From positions 1 to 64,000 of IMG/VR virus record IMGVR_UViG_3300040801_004562: DNA of 64,000 nucleotides, one strand, 5' to 3'. This DNA comes from a virus. Shown here in pieces: positions 1 through 8,747 of this stretch (positions are counted from its first letter, which is position 1; each line of letters starts with the position of its first letter). The notes under the pieces were generated by a model. It ran no database searches, was not told the DNA's origin, and was given only the letters and a program-made list of their open reading frames with translations. Position numbers and translations under genes: made by a program.

Positions 1-702
1 AAGACCTATCTCCTTCTGCAGAGCGCACTGGCTGCCCATGCCGCCGGTCACACGCCATTATTTCACACGATGGAAATGTCGCCGCTGCAGGTTGCCCGCC
101 GGATTCTTGCCATGCGCTCGGGGACCCCGGTCCACCTGATCAGAAAGGGTATGCTGTCCAATCAGATAGGCAGAAAAGGGATCACCAAAGACCTCGCCAC
201 CCTGAAAGCGCTGTCGGACAAAACCCCCTTCCACCTTATGAGGGGGTCGCTCGCCAGCACCGTGGACGATCTGGTCCTGCGGGTTCGGGAGCTGAAGCCC
301 TCTGTTCTATACGTGGACGGAGCGTATCTGCTGACCACCCGGAACAAGAATGCCGCCCGGTGGGAGCGTGTTACCGAGGCGGCTGAAATCCTGAAGCGAA
401 CCGGGGCGGAGTTCAATATTCCCGTCATTGCCTCCTACCAGTTCAACCGGAAGGGGCCGGGTAGCCTTGGGAATATTGCCTTTGCCGATGCCGTCGGTCA
501 GCTTGCCAGTATCGTTATTGGGATTGAAGACGAGCCGAACCGGCGCGAAGAGCTGACCACCAATGCAATCTCCAGAAAAATTCTCGAACTGATCAAAGGA
601 CGTGAGGGGGAGCGGGGGGCCATTCGCGTGATCTATGATCTTGACAGAATGCGGATCACCCAGGATGAGATCCTTGAGGGGTACGGTTCCCGTCAACTTT
701 AA
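1..702 (+). CDS. DnaB-like replicative helicase, C-terminal part (starts before the window)
   Basis: Frame 1 is open from base 1 (KT.. = end of Walker A), followed by TMEM, Walker B LYVDG, IASYQFNR and IKGREG motifs; next to primase. Confidence 0.85.
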   Translation, partial: KTYLLLQSALAAHAAGHTPLFHTMEMSPLQVARRILAMRSGTPVHLIRKGMLSNQIGRKGITKDLATLKALSDKTPFHLMRGSLASTVDDLVLRVRELKPSVLYVDGAYLLTTRNKNAARWERVTEAAEILKRTGAEFNIPVIASYQFNRKGPGSLGNIAFADAVGQLASIVIGIEDEPNRREELTTNAISRKILELIKGREGERGAIRVIYDLDRMRITQDEILEGYGSRQL

Positions 703-723
703 CCTTTTGCAAACGCGTGCAAA

Positions 724-1722
724 ATGCAACGAGACTCGGTAGTACGTTTTTTACGGATCGTTGGAGCCGAAGACATCCGGCACACGGAGCGGTGGGTGAA
801 TTGCAAATGCCCGCTTGCCCCCTGGACCCACGGGGCTGGAATAGACTCCCGCCCCAGCTTTGGGGTCTCGGTGAACGATGATGGGATTTCGTTCTATAAA
901 TGCTTCGGCTGCATGAACGACGCCCGTCCACTCTCGGCCCTCCTTCATACGATTTTTGTCCTCACCCTGCGATATCCGTTTGAGGCGGCAGACCTGCTGC
1001 TTGCTGAAGAGATCTGGAGCGGACTCGGCCAGGACGCCCCCGGAAGTGTCTGGGGGAATCCCCCGGATGAGTCTGCCCCGGTTGATCCCATCCCCTCTTG
1101 GGTGGTTGAAGCGTTCCCGCTGCTGCAGCACAACCGAAGCCCGATGGCTTGTGCCTTGAGGGAATGGATCGAGGTTGACCGGGGTGCCCCGGAATTTTAC
1201 CAGAACATGTTCCGCCTCCGGATCGACCACGGCAACAGTGCCGTTGTCTTCCCCATGACCGATCTTGCCGGGAGAATCTTTACCCTACGGAAGCGGGTTC
1301 TCAGGACCAAGCACATTTGGACGGTCTCCCCCAAGGAGTTCGGTCGGGAGGATGTAGCATTCCCGAGCCTACGCCAATCGGGCGCATGGTTCGGCCTGCA
1401 TCTTGTTGACTGGTCCAGGCCGGTGATGTTGGTGGAGGGTGAGTTTGACGCCCTCCGGGTTGCCGCCCTCGGCTTCCTCAATGTAATTGCCTCCGCTACC
1501 AGCAACGTCACCCATGCCCAGATCGCCTCGCTGATGGCCGGAGATAATTTCCTCCACGGATACGATGCTGACGACGCCGGGCGCAAGGCCCACGCGTTCC
1601 TGCGGAAACAGTTGCCTGCTGCCACCCATAGAACGATCGACTGGAGCGCTGTCGGGCGGAAAGATGGCGGGGAGCTTCAGAGCCGGGAGGAACTGGAAGA
1701 GGTGATCCGTCTCGCGAAATAA
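724..1722 (+). CDS. DNA primase (Zn-binding + TOPRIM)
   Basis: CPLAPWTH...CFGC zinc ribbon; LVEGEFDAL and YDADDAG TOPRIM motifs. Confidence 0.9.
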   Translation: MQRDSVVRFLRIVGAEDIRHTERWVNCKCPLAPWTHGAGIDSRPSFGVSVNDDGISFYKCFGCMNDARPLSALLHTIFVLTLRYPFEAADLLLAEEIWSGLGQDAPGSVWGNPPDESAPVDPIPSWVVEAFPLLQHNRSPMACALREWIEVDRGAPEFYQNMFRLRIDHGNSAVVFPMTDLAGRIFTLRKRVLRTKHIWTVSPKEFGREDVAFPSLRQSGAWFGLHLVDWSRPVMLVEGEFDALRVAALGFLNVIASATSNVTHAQIASLMAGDNFLHGYDADDAGRKAHAFLRKQLPAATHRTIDWSAVGRKDGGELQSREELEEVIRLAK

Positions 1723-1726
1723 CCTA

Positions 1727-1756
1727 TTGACAAAAGTCATATACCTATGTTATAAC
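1727..1756 (+). promoter_or_regulatory. sigma70-like promoter with extended -10
   Basis: TTGACA-18 nt-TATAAC with TG upstream of -10, intergenic before SSB. Confidence 0.65.
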
Positions 1757-1791
1757 AAGCCAATAGACAACCATCATCGAAAGGATGAATT

Positions 1792-2259
1792 ATGGCTCAA
1801 AAATGGTTCCAGCGTGGTCGTGAGGGGATAGAGAAGTCGAAACAGATTGACGCTGCCGTCAAGGCGCGGCGGGAGCAGTCCGGCGCCATCCGTTTCTGGC
1901 TCAAAGCCGATGAGTCTGCAAAATTCACTTTTTTGGACTCCCCGGACTTTTTCCTCCACGAGCACAATCTGAAGTTGGGCGGGAAGTTCTTCAACTTCTT
2001 CACCTGTATCCAAGAGGCCGATACGTGCCCGCTTTGTGAGAGCGGCGACAACCCCAGCTATGTGCTGGTGGCCACCATTATTAACCACCGAGAGTTTGTC
2101 GACAAGGAAGGGAAGAAGCACAAAAACCAGAAGCAGCTTATGGTGCTCAAAGGACGGGCCAAGGATAAGATGATTCGCCAGATTGAAAAAAGACAGGACT
2201 TGAAATTTTGCACCTATGAATCGCATCGCGGTTCCGGCCCCACGGAATGCTCAACCGGT
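1792..2259 (+). CDS. ssDNA-binding protein (gp32-like), exon 1 of join(1792..2259,2940..3221), 249 aa spliced
   Basis: RFWLK, HEH, C..CPLC zinc motif; splicing gives ...ECSTG|EDFEYLG... in frame. Confidence 0.75.
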
Positions 2260-2939
2260 AAGCTCTTTGCCGCTTAGTGGTGGAAACCATTATGAAAAAC
2301 CTCGTGAATTCAGGGAAACCCGAAACAGGTGAGGCTGTCGGCAATCCTGAGCCAAGCCCAGAAAATTCTGGGAAGGTGCAGAGACTATCCCGAGAGGGAG
2401 TAGGGCCAAGCGGCCCGAAGCGCGAGGCACCCAGAACGGGTGAAAAGATAGTCCGATCCTTGCCGAAAGGTAAGGCAGTTCATGTTTGCAATGCCTGTGG
2501 GATCCCAAAGATTATCCCGGACGATTATTACGGGAGCAGCCGTGTCTGTAGGGAGTGCATCAAGACGCGTGTTGCCGCGTACCAGAAAACTGCTGCCGGT
2601 AGGGAATCCCACCGCAAGGCCCAGAGGCGGTGGAATGCAAAAGCATCGTCTCAACTACTCAAGGCCGATTGGAAAAAATCGGATAAGGGGATCGAGGCTG
2701 AAAGACGGTACTATGCCTCAAAAATGGATCGGATCCCTGAAAAACTTAGGGCGAGAGCATTGGTCAACACGCATGTCCGCCGGGGGAAGATACGAAAGCC
2801 TGCGAACTGCGAGTCATGCGGAAAGACCTGTGCGGTAGAAGCACACCATGAAGACTACACTCGTCCCCTTGACGTACAATGGCTTTGTCGAGATTGCCAT
2901 GAGCGGGTTGGGATCAGCGACCCCAACTGAACTTAAATG
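2260..2939 (+). ncRNA. Group I self-splicing intron (P7.1/P7.2 type) with internal endonuclease ORF
   Basis: P AATTCAGGGAAA 2307, Q AATCCTGAGC 2343, R GTGCAGAGACTA 2376, S AAGATAGTCC 2445; exon ends in U pairing with IGS GCCG; P10 UCUUU:GAGGA; terminal G at 2939. Confidence 0.93.
2277..2930 (+). CDS. Intron-encoded HNH-like (homing) endonuclease; start uncertain (GTG 2277 or ATG 2292)
   Basis: CNAC..CREC, CESC..EAHHEDYTRPLDVQWLCRDCH beta-beta-alpha-Me/Zn motif. Confidence 0.75.
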   Translation: MVETIMKNLVNSGKPETGEAVGNPEPSPENSGKVQRLSREGVGPSGPKREAPRTGEKIVRSLPKGKAVHVCNACGIPKIIPDDYYGSSRVCRECIKTRVAAYQKTAAGRESHRKAQRRWNAKASSQLLKADWKKSDKGIEAERRYYASKMDRIPEKLRARALVNTHVRRGKIRKPANCESCGKTCAVEAHHEDYTRPLDVQWLCRDCHERVGISDPN

Positions 2940-3221
2940 GAGGACTTCGAGTACCTCGGAAAGCTGACTGCTGAGAAACTTTCCAAACTGGCCCCTGAAG
3001 GGGAGGCCGCTGAATGGCTGAAGCCTTTTGATTACGAGAAGATCTTTGCTCCCAAAAGTTCGGAGGAGCTTAGAAGGGTTGTCGGGGGTGAAGTCCCGGT
3101 CGGGTCCTCGGAGGCTGATGATGCTTTCATGGACAACCTTCGCGGGAAGGAAACCGAAATCTCCCCTGCTCAAGTTGCCGGGGTCTCCTCGGACGATCTC
3201 AGCATTGACGATCTAATTTAA
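2940..3221 (+). CDS. ssDNA-binding protein, exon 2
   Basis: In frame after the omega-G; PFDYEKIF and acidic tail DDLSIDDLI typical of SSBs. Confidence 0.75.
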   Translation, partial: EDFEYLGKLTAEKLSKLAPEGEAAEWLKPFDYEKIFAPKSSEELRRVVGGEVPVGSSEADDAFMDNLRGKETEISPAQVAGVSSDDLSIDDLI

Positions 3222-3251
3222 TTTGCAAACGTTTGCAAATAGAGACGGCTC

Positions 3252-4637
3252 ATGTACAGCAGGGTAGTTTTAAGTTCTCATCTCTGGATTCCGAAAGATG
3301 AGATGCCGGATTTGAGAAAGGCCCGCAACCTTTTCACTGTCGTTCCGAAGTATTCGGAGACGGAGATCTGTTTGTACGATCAACGCGGTGAGTGGTTCGG
3401 GGTTCCCCTTTATCATTTCCGGGACCCCTCAAAGATTGCCCAGTCTGTACTCGACCGTCGGGTGCTGGGGTTCCCAGCAGAGTTGAAGTTCAAATCCCCC
3501 TTCCGTCCGGGGCAGGATATTTTGATTTCCACCTTTGACGGTCTGGTCAAACGGGGGAGAACCGGGTTTATCCTGCAGGCCCCTCCGGGATTCGGGAAGA
3601 CCGTTGTTACCGTAGCGATGCTGGCAAGGCTCGGGAGGACCGCGCTTGTCGTTGTGCCTCGCTCCAATCTGGTGGAGCAGTGGAGGGACCGAATCCTTGA
3701 ACACACCAACCTCCGTCCCTCTGATATAGGGGTGGCCACCGGAGGAAAGGGGGAGTGGGAAGGCAAGAAGATTGTGGTTGCCCTTGTCCACACGCTTGCA
3801 CTTGACCGCTTCGGAGCGGAGTTCCGGAAGTATTTCGGTGTTGTGGCCTATGACGAGGTTGACCGCTCGGTCCCCCCGCAGACCTTTTCCCCGGTTGTCC
3901 AAATGTTCCCGTCCCTTTACCGGATAGGGGTGTCCGCGACCCTGAAGCGCCAGGACGGGATGGAGGTCGTATTCGAGAAGCACATTGGGCAGTGCTTCCT
4001 GCGGGGGGCCGACAAAAACCGGATGGCCCCTAAAGTTCTGATCCATCATTACTGGGGGTTTTCCGGAAACCTGTATGGCAAGACCCCCATTAACCGCCGA
4101 GGGCAGTTGATCTCCCGGCTGGCAGACAACCAGGAGAGAAATTCCATCATTGCCCATTACGTTAAACTGATCACCACTTCTGGAAGGAGAGTGTGCGTTC
4201 TGTCGGATAGAATCAGTCAGTTGATTGAAGTCAGTGAAATTCTGTTATCGAACCAGTGGGTCGGGAAAGAGGATGTTGGCTTTTACGTCCGTCGGATGCC
4301 CCGACCCACGGGGACTCTACGAGGAAAGACAAGTTTTAAAGAGACCAGCAGTGCTTATCGAGAGCGTGTTGCAAACGGTTGCAAAGTCATTCTGGCGACA
4401 TACGGTATGTTTTCAATCGGGACCGACATTAAGGATCTCGCCGGGTTGATTTACGCCACCCCCCAATCTGAAACTGAACAATCCAAGGGAAGGATTGAAC
4501 GTGAACTCGACGGGAAGCTGCAGCCGGTAGTTGTTGATATCGTAGACGTCCGGTACACGATGGCTCGGCGGTGGGCGGACAAGCGGGAACGTCAGTACAA
4601 CGCATCCGGTCTGACCATTAAGAAAATAAGGAGCTGA
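3252..4637 (+). CDS. Superfamily 2 DNA helicase (UvsW/XPB-like)
   Basis: APPGFGKT, YDEVD, SAT, QSKGRIER motifs. Confidence 0.9.
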   Translation: MYSRVVLSSHLWIPKDEMPDLRKARNLFTVVPKYSETEICLYDQRGEWFGVPLYHFRDPSKIAQSVLDRRVLGFPAELKFKSPFRPGQDILISTFDGLVKRGRTGFILQAPPGFGKTVVTVAMLARLGRTALVVVPRSNLVEQWRDRILEHTNLRPSDIGVATGGKGEWEGKKIVVALVHTLALDRFGAEFRKYFGVVAYDEVDRSVPPQTFSPVVQMFPSLYRIGVSATLKRQDGMEVVFEKHIGQCFLRGADKNRMAPKVLIHHYWGFSGNLYGKTPINRRGQLISRLADNQERNSIIAHYVKLITTSGRRVCVLSDRISQLIEVSEILLSNQWVGKEDVGFYVRRMPRPTGTLRGKTSFKETSSAYRERVANGCKVILATYGMFSIGTDIKDLAGLIYATPQSETEQSKGRIERELDGKLQPVVVDIVDVRYTMARRWADKRERQYNASGLTIKKIRS

Positions 4638-4639
4638 TC

Positions 4640-5092
4640 ATGTCAGGACATTATTTCAAAGATTGGTATGAGAGAAACAAGGAGGATCTGAACCGGAGGA
4701 GACGGGAAAAGTATCACACCAACCCCGATTACCGGAAGACGCAGATTCAGAATGCAAAGAAGCGGTACAGTGAAGACCAAAGCCGATCCGTTGTTGCTGA
4801 TCGGCGGGTCCTGCGTAATGATGACGGCCAGCGGTTCTGGTCAATTGGAGTCTTGTCTGAAACCATCAACCGGACCATTCAGACTATTCGGGGATACCAT
4901 CGTAACGACTTCATTCCGTCCCCGACCCATTACGACTCTCGTGGGTGGCGTCTTTACACCTCCCACCAGATCAATCTTTTGCAGAGGGTATTCCGTGATT
5001 TTGACGAAAGACGCCTAAAAAATTTATCGGACGTGCGGAGGGAGCTTTATGCCAACTGGAACGGAAACGACGGAGCAGGCAGAGATAACTGA
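4640..5092 (+). CDS. MerR-type HTH DNA-binding protein
   Basis: WSIGVLSETINRTIQTIRGY...GWRLYT MerR HTH-wing pattern. Confidence 0.7.
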   Translation: MSGHYFKDWYERNKEDLNRRRREKYHTNPDYRKTQIQNAKKRYSEDQSRSVVADRRVLRNDDGQRFWSIGVLSETINRTIQTIRGYHRNDFIPSPTHYDSRGWRLYTSHQINLLQRVFRDFDERRLKNLSDVRRELYANWNGNDGAGRDN

Positions 5093-5381
5093 ACGGGAAG
5101 GAACCCTCCTTGTTCAGCGGACAGTTCTCGGGAAGCGTGATGACGACCCCCCGAAGAAAATAAGAATCCGGCCCTTCGTGACTGCCACTGCCAACGTGTC
5201 GGTTAAGTTCGGGGCCACTATCCCCACCGTGGAGTATGGGAATGTGCGTGTCGATGTAATGCTGTCGGTCCCCTGCTACAAGGAAGAGATCTTGACAGTC
5301 TACAAGCAGACCCGCGACATTGTTGACAAACTCATCGACGCTGAGACTGCACGCCTGACTGGAGAGGGTATAGATGGCTGA
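5049..5381 (+). CDS. hypothetical protein
   Basis: Packed in operon, overlaps neighbours. Confidence 0.65.
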   Translation: MPTGTETTEQAEITEREGTLLVQRTVLGKRDDDPPKKIRIRPFVTATANVSVKFGATIPTVEYGNVRVDVMLSVPCYKEEILTVYKQTRDIVDKLIDAETARLTGEGIDG

Positions 5382-6480
5382 CTTTTCCCTGAACAACCTT
5401 ATGGAAGACGCCAATTCCCGGTTGGGGAAGGGAACAGTTATCGTCGGAAGCGATCTGAAGCGCGACCCGCCGAGATTGCCTTTCGGCGTTTTTGCCGTTG
5501 ATTACGCTACTGGCGGTGGTGCCCCAATCTGGGGGTCAACCTGCCTGTGGGGTGTGGATGCTGGAGGGAAGACCTCGCTTGCCATCAATGCTGTTGCCTC
5601 CGTTGCCAGGATATGCTGGAGATGCTTCAAGTACCTGGACTTTTGCGAGTGCAGTACAAGCCCCTTGAGGCTGAAAGCGTTCTGGGGAGACGCGGAGGGA
5701 ACTTTTGACCGGGACTGGGCGCTTTCAATCGGAGCCTCCCCGGATGACTATTATTATGCCCTTGCAGACTACGGGGAGATGTATATCAACCTGATGGAGA
5801 AGGCGCTCCAGGCTGATGACTGCGGACTTGTGGTGGCCGATAGCCTTGCTGCACTGACCCCGGTTGCCGAGTTTGAGGCGGCCAGTGAGGATCAGCAGAT
5901 TGGGATGCAAGCCCGTATGATCTCCAAGGCGGTGCGAACCCTGAAGCAGCGGATCATTCGGGAGCGGAAGCGGGAGCACCCTGTCTGTGTTATTTTCACG
6001 AATCAAATGCGGACAAAGATTGGGACCATGTATGGTGATCCTTCCACCATGCCGGGAGGACATGCCCTGCGCCATGAGTTCAGCCTGCTGCTGAGGATTG
6101 TCCAGAAGTCATTAACGGATTCCGACAAGAAACGGTATGTCGGTCGATTCAAAGACAAGCCCCCGGCCCTGCGCCATTCGTTCGCCATCAAAAAGGAAAA
6201 GGTCCTGACCCTATCCAGTATGGGGGAGTTTGTCCGTGTCAGGGAGGAAGTCGCCGGGCTGCATGCCGGTGAGGTTGATGATTATACGGTGGTTGCCAAT
6301 TACGCCAAGACCCTTGAATTGCTGCACCAGACAAAAGAAGGGTGGACGTGCCTCGGAGTCCATGGTAAGCGGTTGGTGGACCTCCAGGAAACCTGGAGGA
6401 ATACCCCGGATGAATACCTGAAATTGAAGCAGGAAATTATCATCAGAGCAAAAAGGAGGCTTGCCGATGCCCGCTCGTAA
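5374..6480 (+). CDS. recA: RecA/UvsX-like recombinase
   Basis: GVDAGGKT Walker A, DAEG, VADSLAAL, QARM, FTNQMR, PGGHAL motifs. Confidence 0.9.
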   Translation: MADFSLNNLMEDANSRLGKGTVIVGSDLKRDPPRLPFGVFAVDYATGGGAPIWGSTCLWGVDAGGKTSLAINAVASVARICWRCFKYLDFCECSTSPLRLKAFWGDAEGTFDRDWALSIGASPDDYYYALADYGEMYINLMEKALQADDCGLVVADSLAALTPVAEFEAASEDQQIGMQARMISKAVRTLKQRIIRERKREHPVCVIFTNQMRTKIGTMYGDPSTMPGGHALRHEFSLLLRIVQKSLTDSDKKRYVGRFKDKPPALRHSFAIKKEKVLTLSSMGEFVRVREEVAGLHAGEVDDYTVVANYAKTLELLHQTKEGWTCLGVHGKRLVDLQETWRNTPDEYLKLKQEIIIRAKRRLADARS

Positions 6481-6952
6481 GTGCAGCGTTTGCGATCGTT
6501 TCCAGCCTATTTCGACGAAGGACTGGAAGTACGCTTCGTGCCTTCCAGACCATTTCTGCTCCTGCGTCTGTCTTCTGGAGTGGATCCGTGAACAAAAACC
6601 CAACCCCGATGCTGAGTGGGGTGACTGGGCAGTTCCGAATCCCACCTACAGAACATCCCCAAACTTCCGGTCTGATTACGAAGCCCACTTTTCCGAGTGG
6701 CTGAACCAGAATGGGATCGGATGGGTTTATGAGCCGTTTACTTTTGCCGTCGGTGCGGGAACTTACACCCCGGACTTTTTCCTGCCCCGTCAAGGCGTTT
6801 TCCTGGAGACCAAGGGGGCGTGGGGGATCGGACAGAAGAAGAAGCTGGTCGATGTTACGGAGCAGTATTCTGATCTCCCCCTTGCCGTAGTCCCCTGGCT
6901 CCTTGCTGAGGAGATTTACAATGGGACTCAATGTGGATGTATTGTTCGGTAG
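6467..6952 (+). CDS. PD-(D/E)XK endonuclease (T7 endonuclease I-like) with N-terminal Zn finger
   Basis: FRSDYE...YEP...YTPDFFLP..FLETKG. Confidence 0.75.
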   Translation: MPARKCSVCDRFQPISTKDWKYASCLPDHFCSCVCLLEWIREQKPNPDAEWGDWAVPNPTYRTSPNFRSDYEAHFSEWLNQNGIGWVYEPFTFAVGAGTYTPDFFLPRQGVFLETKGAWGIGQKKKLVDVTEQYSDLPLAVVPWLLAEEIYNGTQCGCIVR

Positions 6953-7196
6953 GGTAGAAAGCGATCGTTGCCAATGTACCACCTGTGCCAGTGTTATGGG
7001 CAGCCATGAAGTTATCCCGCTTTCGGATGCTGAGAAAGCGGCCGCTCGGAAGACAAACCCGGTAGGCCATTGCCCCCTTTGTAAGCAGTTCGATGCTGAC
7101 GGTCTCGTTTACCTGCAGAAAGATTTAGATGAGCTTCGCAAAACGCGTGATAAGGATGAGGGAACGAGCGGGGCGGCTGACCCCGGTAACCTCTGA
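6921..7196 (+). CDS. small Cys-rich hypothetical protein
   Basis: RBS GAGGAG; CTTC/CPLC pairs. Confidence 0.55.
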   Translation: MGLNVDVLFGRVESDRCQCTTCASVMGSHEVIPLSDAEKAAARKTNPVGHCPLCKQFDADGLVYLQKDLDELRKTRDKDEGTSGAADPGNL

Positions 7197-8043
7197 ACTA
7201 TCCGCCGTTGAACGATCGGGTGACCCTTACGCTGTGGCGTCTGAACACGTGAGGGTCACCTCTGATTTTGAGACCTCCATCATCGGACCTCCGCGAGCCT
7301 CCAGCCTCTACGACGCCTGCATCAGAATGCACGTCCTCGGAACCATCCACCAAAAAAGAAAAAATTCCAGGGTGACTTTGGCCGGGCGAGTGACATTTGG
7401 GATCGGCCGGGCCCTCCACTACTGGGTCCAAAACTCCCCGGATATTTTTGGGGATAAGCGTCGCGGCTGGTGGCGCTGCCGTGCCTGCAACCGCGTTGTT
7501 GGCTGGGGCGGACCCCCTACTGTCCCGTGCCGATTCTGCGGGGCCAAGCCGGACGCGATGGTCTACCACGAGCATTTCATGCGCCTGACGGGCGCAACTC
7601 CCGTCACCGGGCACCCTGATCTTTTTATTCAGCACCGTGAGAACCTCCGCGTGGTGGAAATGAAAACCATCGACGGAGACAAGTTTGCTGTGCTTCCGGC
7701 CCCACTTGCCGAGCATGAGCTGCAGCTTCAAACCTATATGTGGGGCCTACAGTCTGACAAGAGAATGCCGGTCAAGATTGATCCAGACTTCGGGTATCTG
7801 CTGTATCTTTCGAAGAAGCACGCGAGCGGAAAGCTGCCGTTGAAAATGTTCCCGATTCGACGAAACCCGGAACTGATCGAGGGAATTCAGTCCAGGCTTT
7901 CGGGATACCGGGCAGGACTCGACGATCCTGATTCCTGCCTCCCCGAGCCTCTGACGATCTGCCAGCGTTCCAGCTTCGAGAATTACCGTGCGCGGACTTG
8001 CCCATGCCTTGAGGAGTGTCGAAATGCGAATAGTGGGGATTGA
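7129..8043 (+). CDS. Cas4-like PD-(D/E)XK exonuclease
   Basis: RASSL..C, GHPD, VEMKT, QLQTY, C-terminal Cys cluster. Confidence 0.75.
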   Translation: MSFAKRVIRMRERAGRLTPVTSELSAVERSGDPYAVASEHVRVTSDFETSIIGPPRASSLYDACIRMHVLGTIHQKRKNSRVTLAGRVTFGIGRALHYWVQNSPDIFGDKRRGWWRCRACNRVVGWGGPPTVPCRFCGAKPDAMVYHEHFMRLTGATPVTGHPDLFIQHRENLRVVEMKTIDGDKFAVLPAPLAEHELQLQTYMWGLQSDKRMPVKIDPDFGYLLYLSKKHASGKLPLKMFPIRRNPELIEGIQSRLSGYRAGLDDPDSCLPEPLTICQRSSFENYRARTCPCLEECRNANSGD

Positions 8044-8632
8044 TCCCAGTGTGACGAGCGCCGGAGTGGTCGCCGTCGACCCGCTGTCTGACAACCTGAT
8101 CCACCTTGCCATAGGTACCAAGCCCGTCTTTGGCACGGTGTGGGAGCGGTATTCCCATTCCATCAGGACCCTACGAGACCAGTTGCGGCCGGGGGATGCG
8201 GTTTTCATGGAGGACTACGCGTTTGGGATTCGGGGGAAGCAGTCCCAACTCGCAACGATGGGGGAGATCGGCGGGCTGTTCAAAATGACCTGCCTCCAGA
8301 TAGCAGGATGTTGGCCGTTCCCGGTGTCTACCACCTCAGTGAAGAAGTTTATCTGCGGGGTGGGGACTGGGGTCAAAATGGAGGACTTGAAACTCGCGCT
8401 GTACAAAAAGAGCGGGCTGGAGTTTGGCACTGGCGATGAGGTCATTGCCTTTGGTGTTGCGGAGATCGGCCTCTGTGCTTTGGGTTGGGATCCTCGTGGG
8501 AGGGCCTCCGGTTGGTTTGGGTATGAGCTGGATGTGGTGGAGAAACTCCGGAAGGGGTGGGCGTTATTGGGGAGACTTGAGGATTTGCAAACGTTTGCAA
8601 AAAATTTTAAAAAAACACGCGAAAATGTTTGA
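8024..8632 (+). CDS. RuvC-like Holliday junction resolvase
   Basis: IVGIDPS..SAG, FMEDY, SVKKFICG, DE motifs. Confidence 0.8.
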   Translation: MRIVGIDPSVTSAGVVAVDPLSDNLIHLAIGTKPVFGTVWERYSHSIRTLRDQLRPGDAVFMEDYAFGIRGKQSQLATMGEIGGLFKMTCLQIAGCWPFPVSTTSVKKFICGVGTGVKMEDLKLALYKKSGLEFGTGDEVIAFGVAEIGLCALGWDPRGRASGWFGYELDVVEKLRKGWALLGRLEDLQTFAKNFKKTRENV

Positions 8633-8657
8633 CTAAAAAACTGACCTTTGTTAAACT
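8629..8657 (+). promoter_or_regulatory. sigma70-like promoter
   Basis: TTGACT-17 nt-TAAACT with extended TG. Confidence 0.6.
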
Positions 8658-8747
8658 CTCTCCAGTGATGATGTTCACCATTTAAAAAAGGAGACCACCT
8701 ATGCCCAAACCTTCCTTTAAACCCTTGACCACGAAAGGAGGTCACCC

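Noticed and set aside
2937-2939. ATG start of an independent 94-aa ORF
   Set aside because: No RBS; its G is the intron omega-G and the ORF is exon 2
7129-8043. Cas4-like gene as part of a CRISPR/RAMP system
   Set aside because: It sits in the recombination operon 23 kb away; solo Cas4-like nucleases are common in phages
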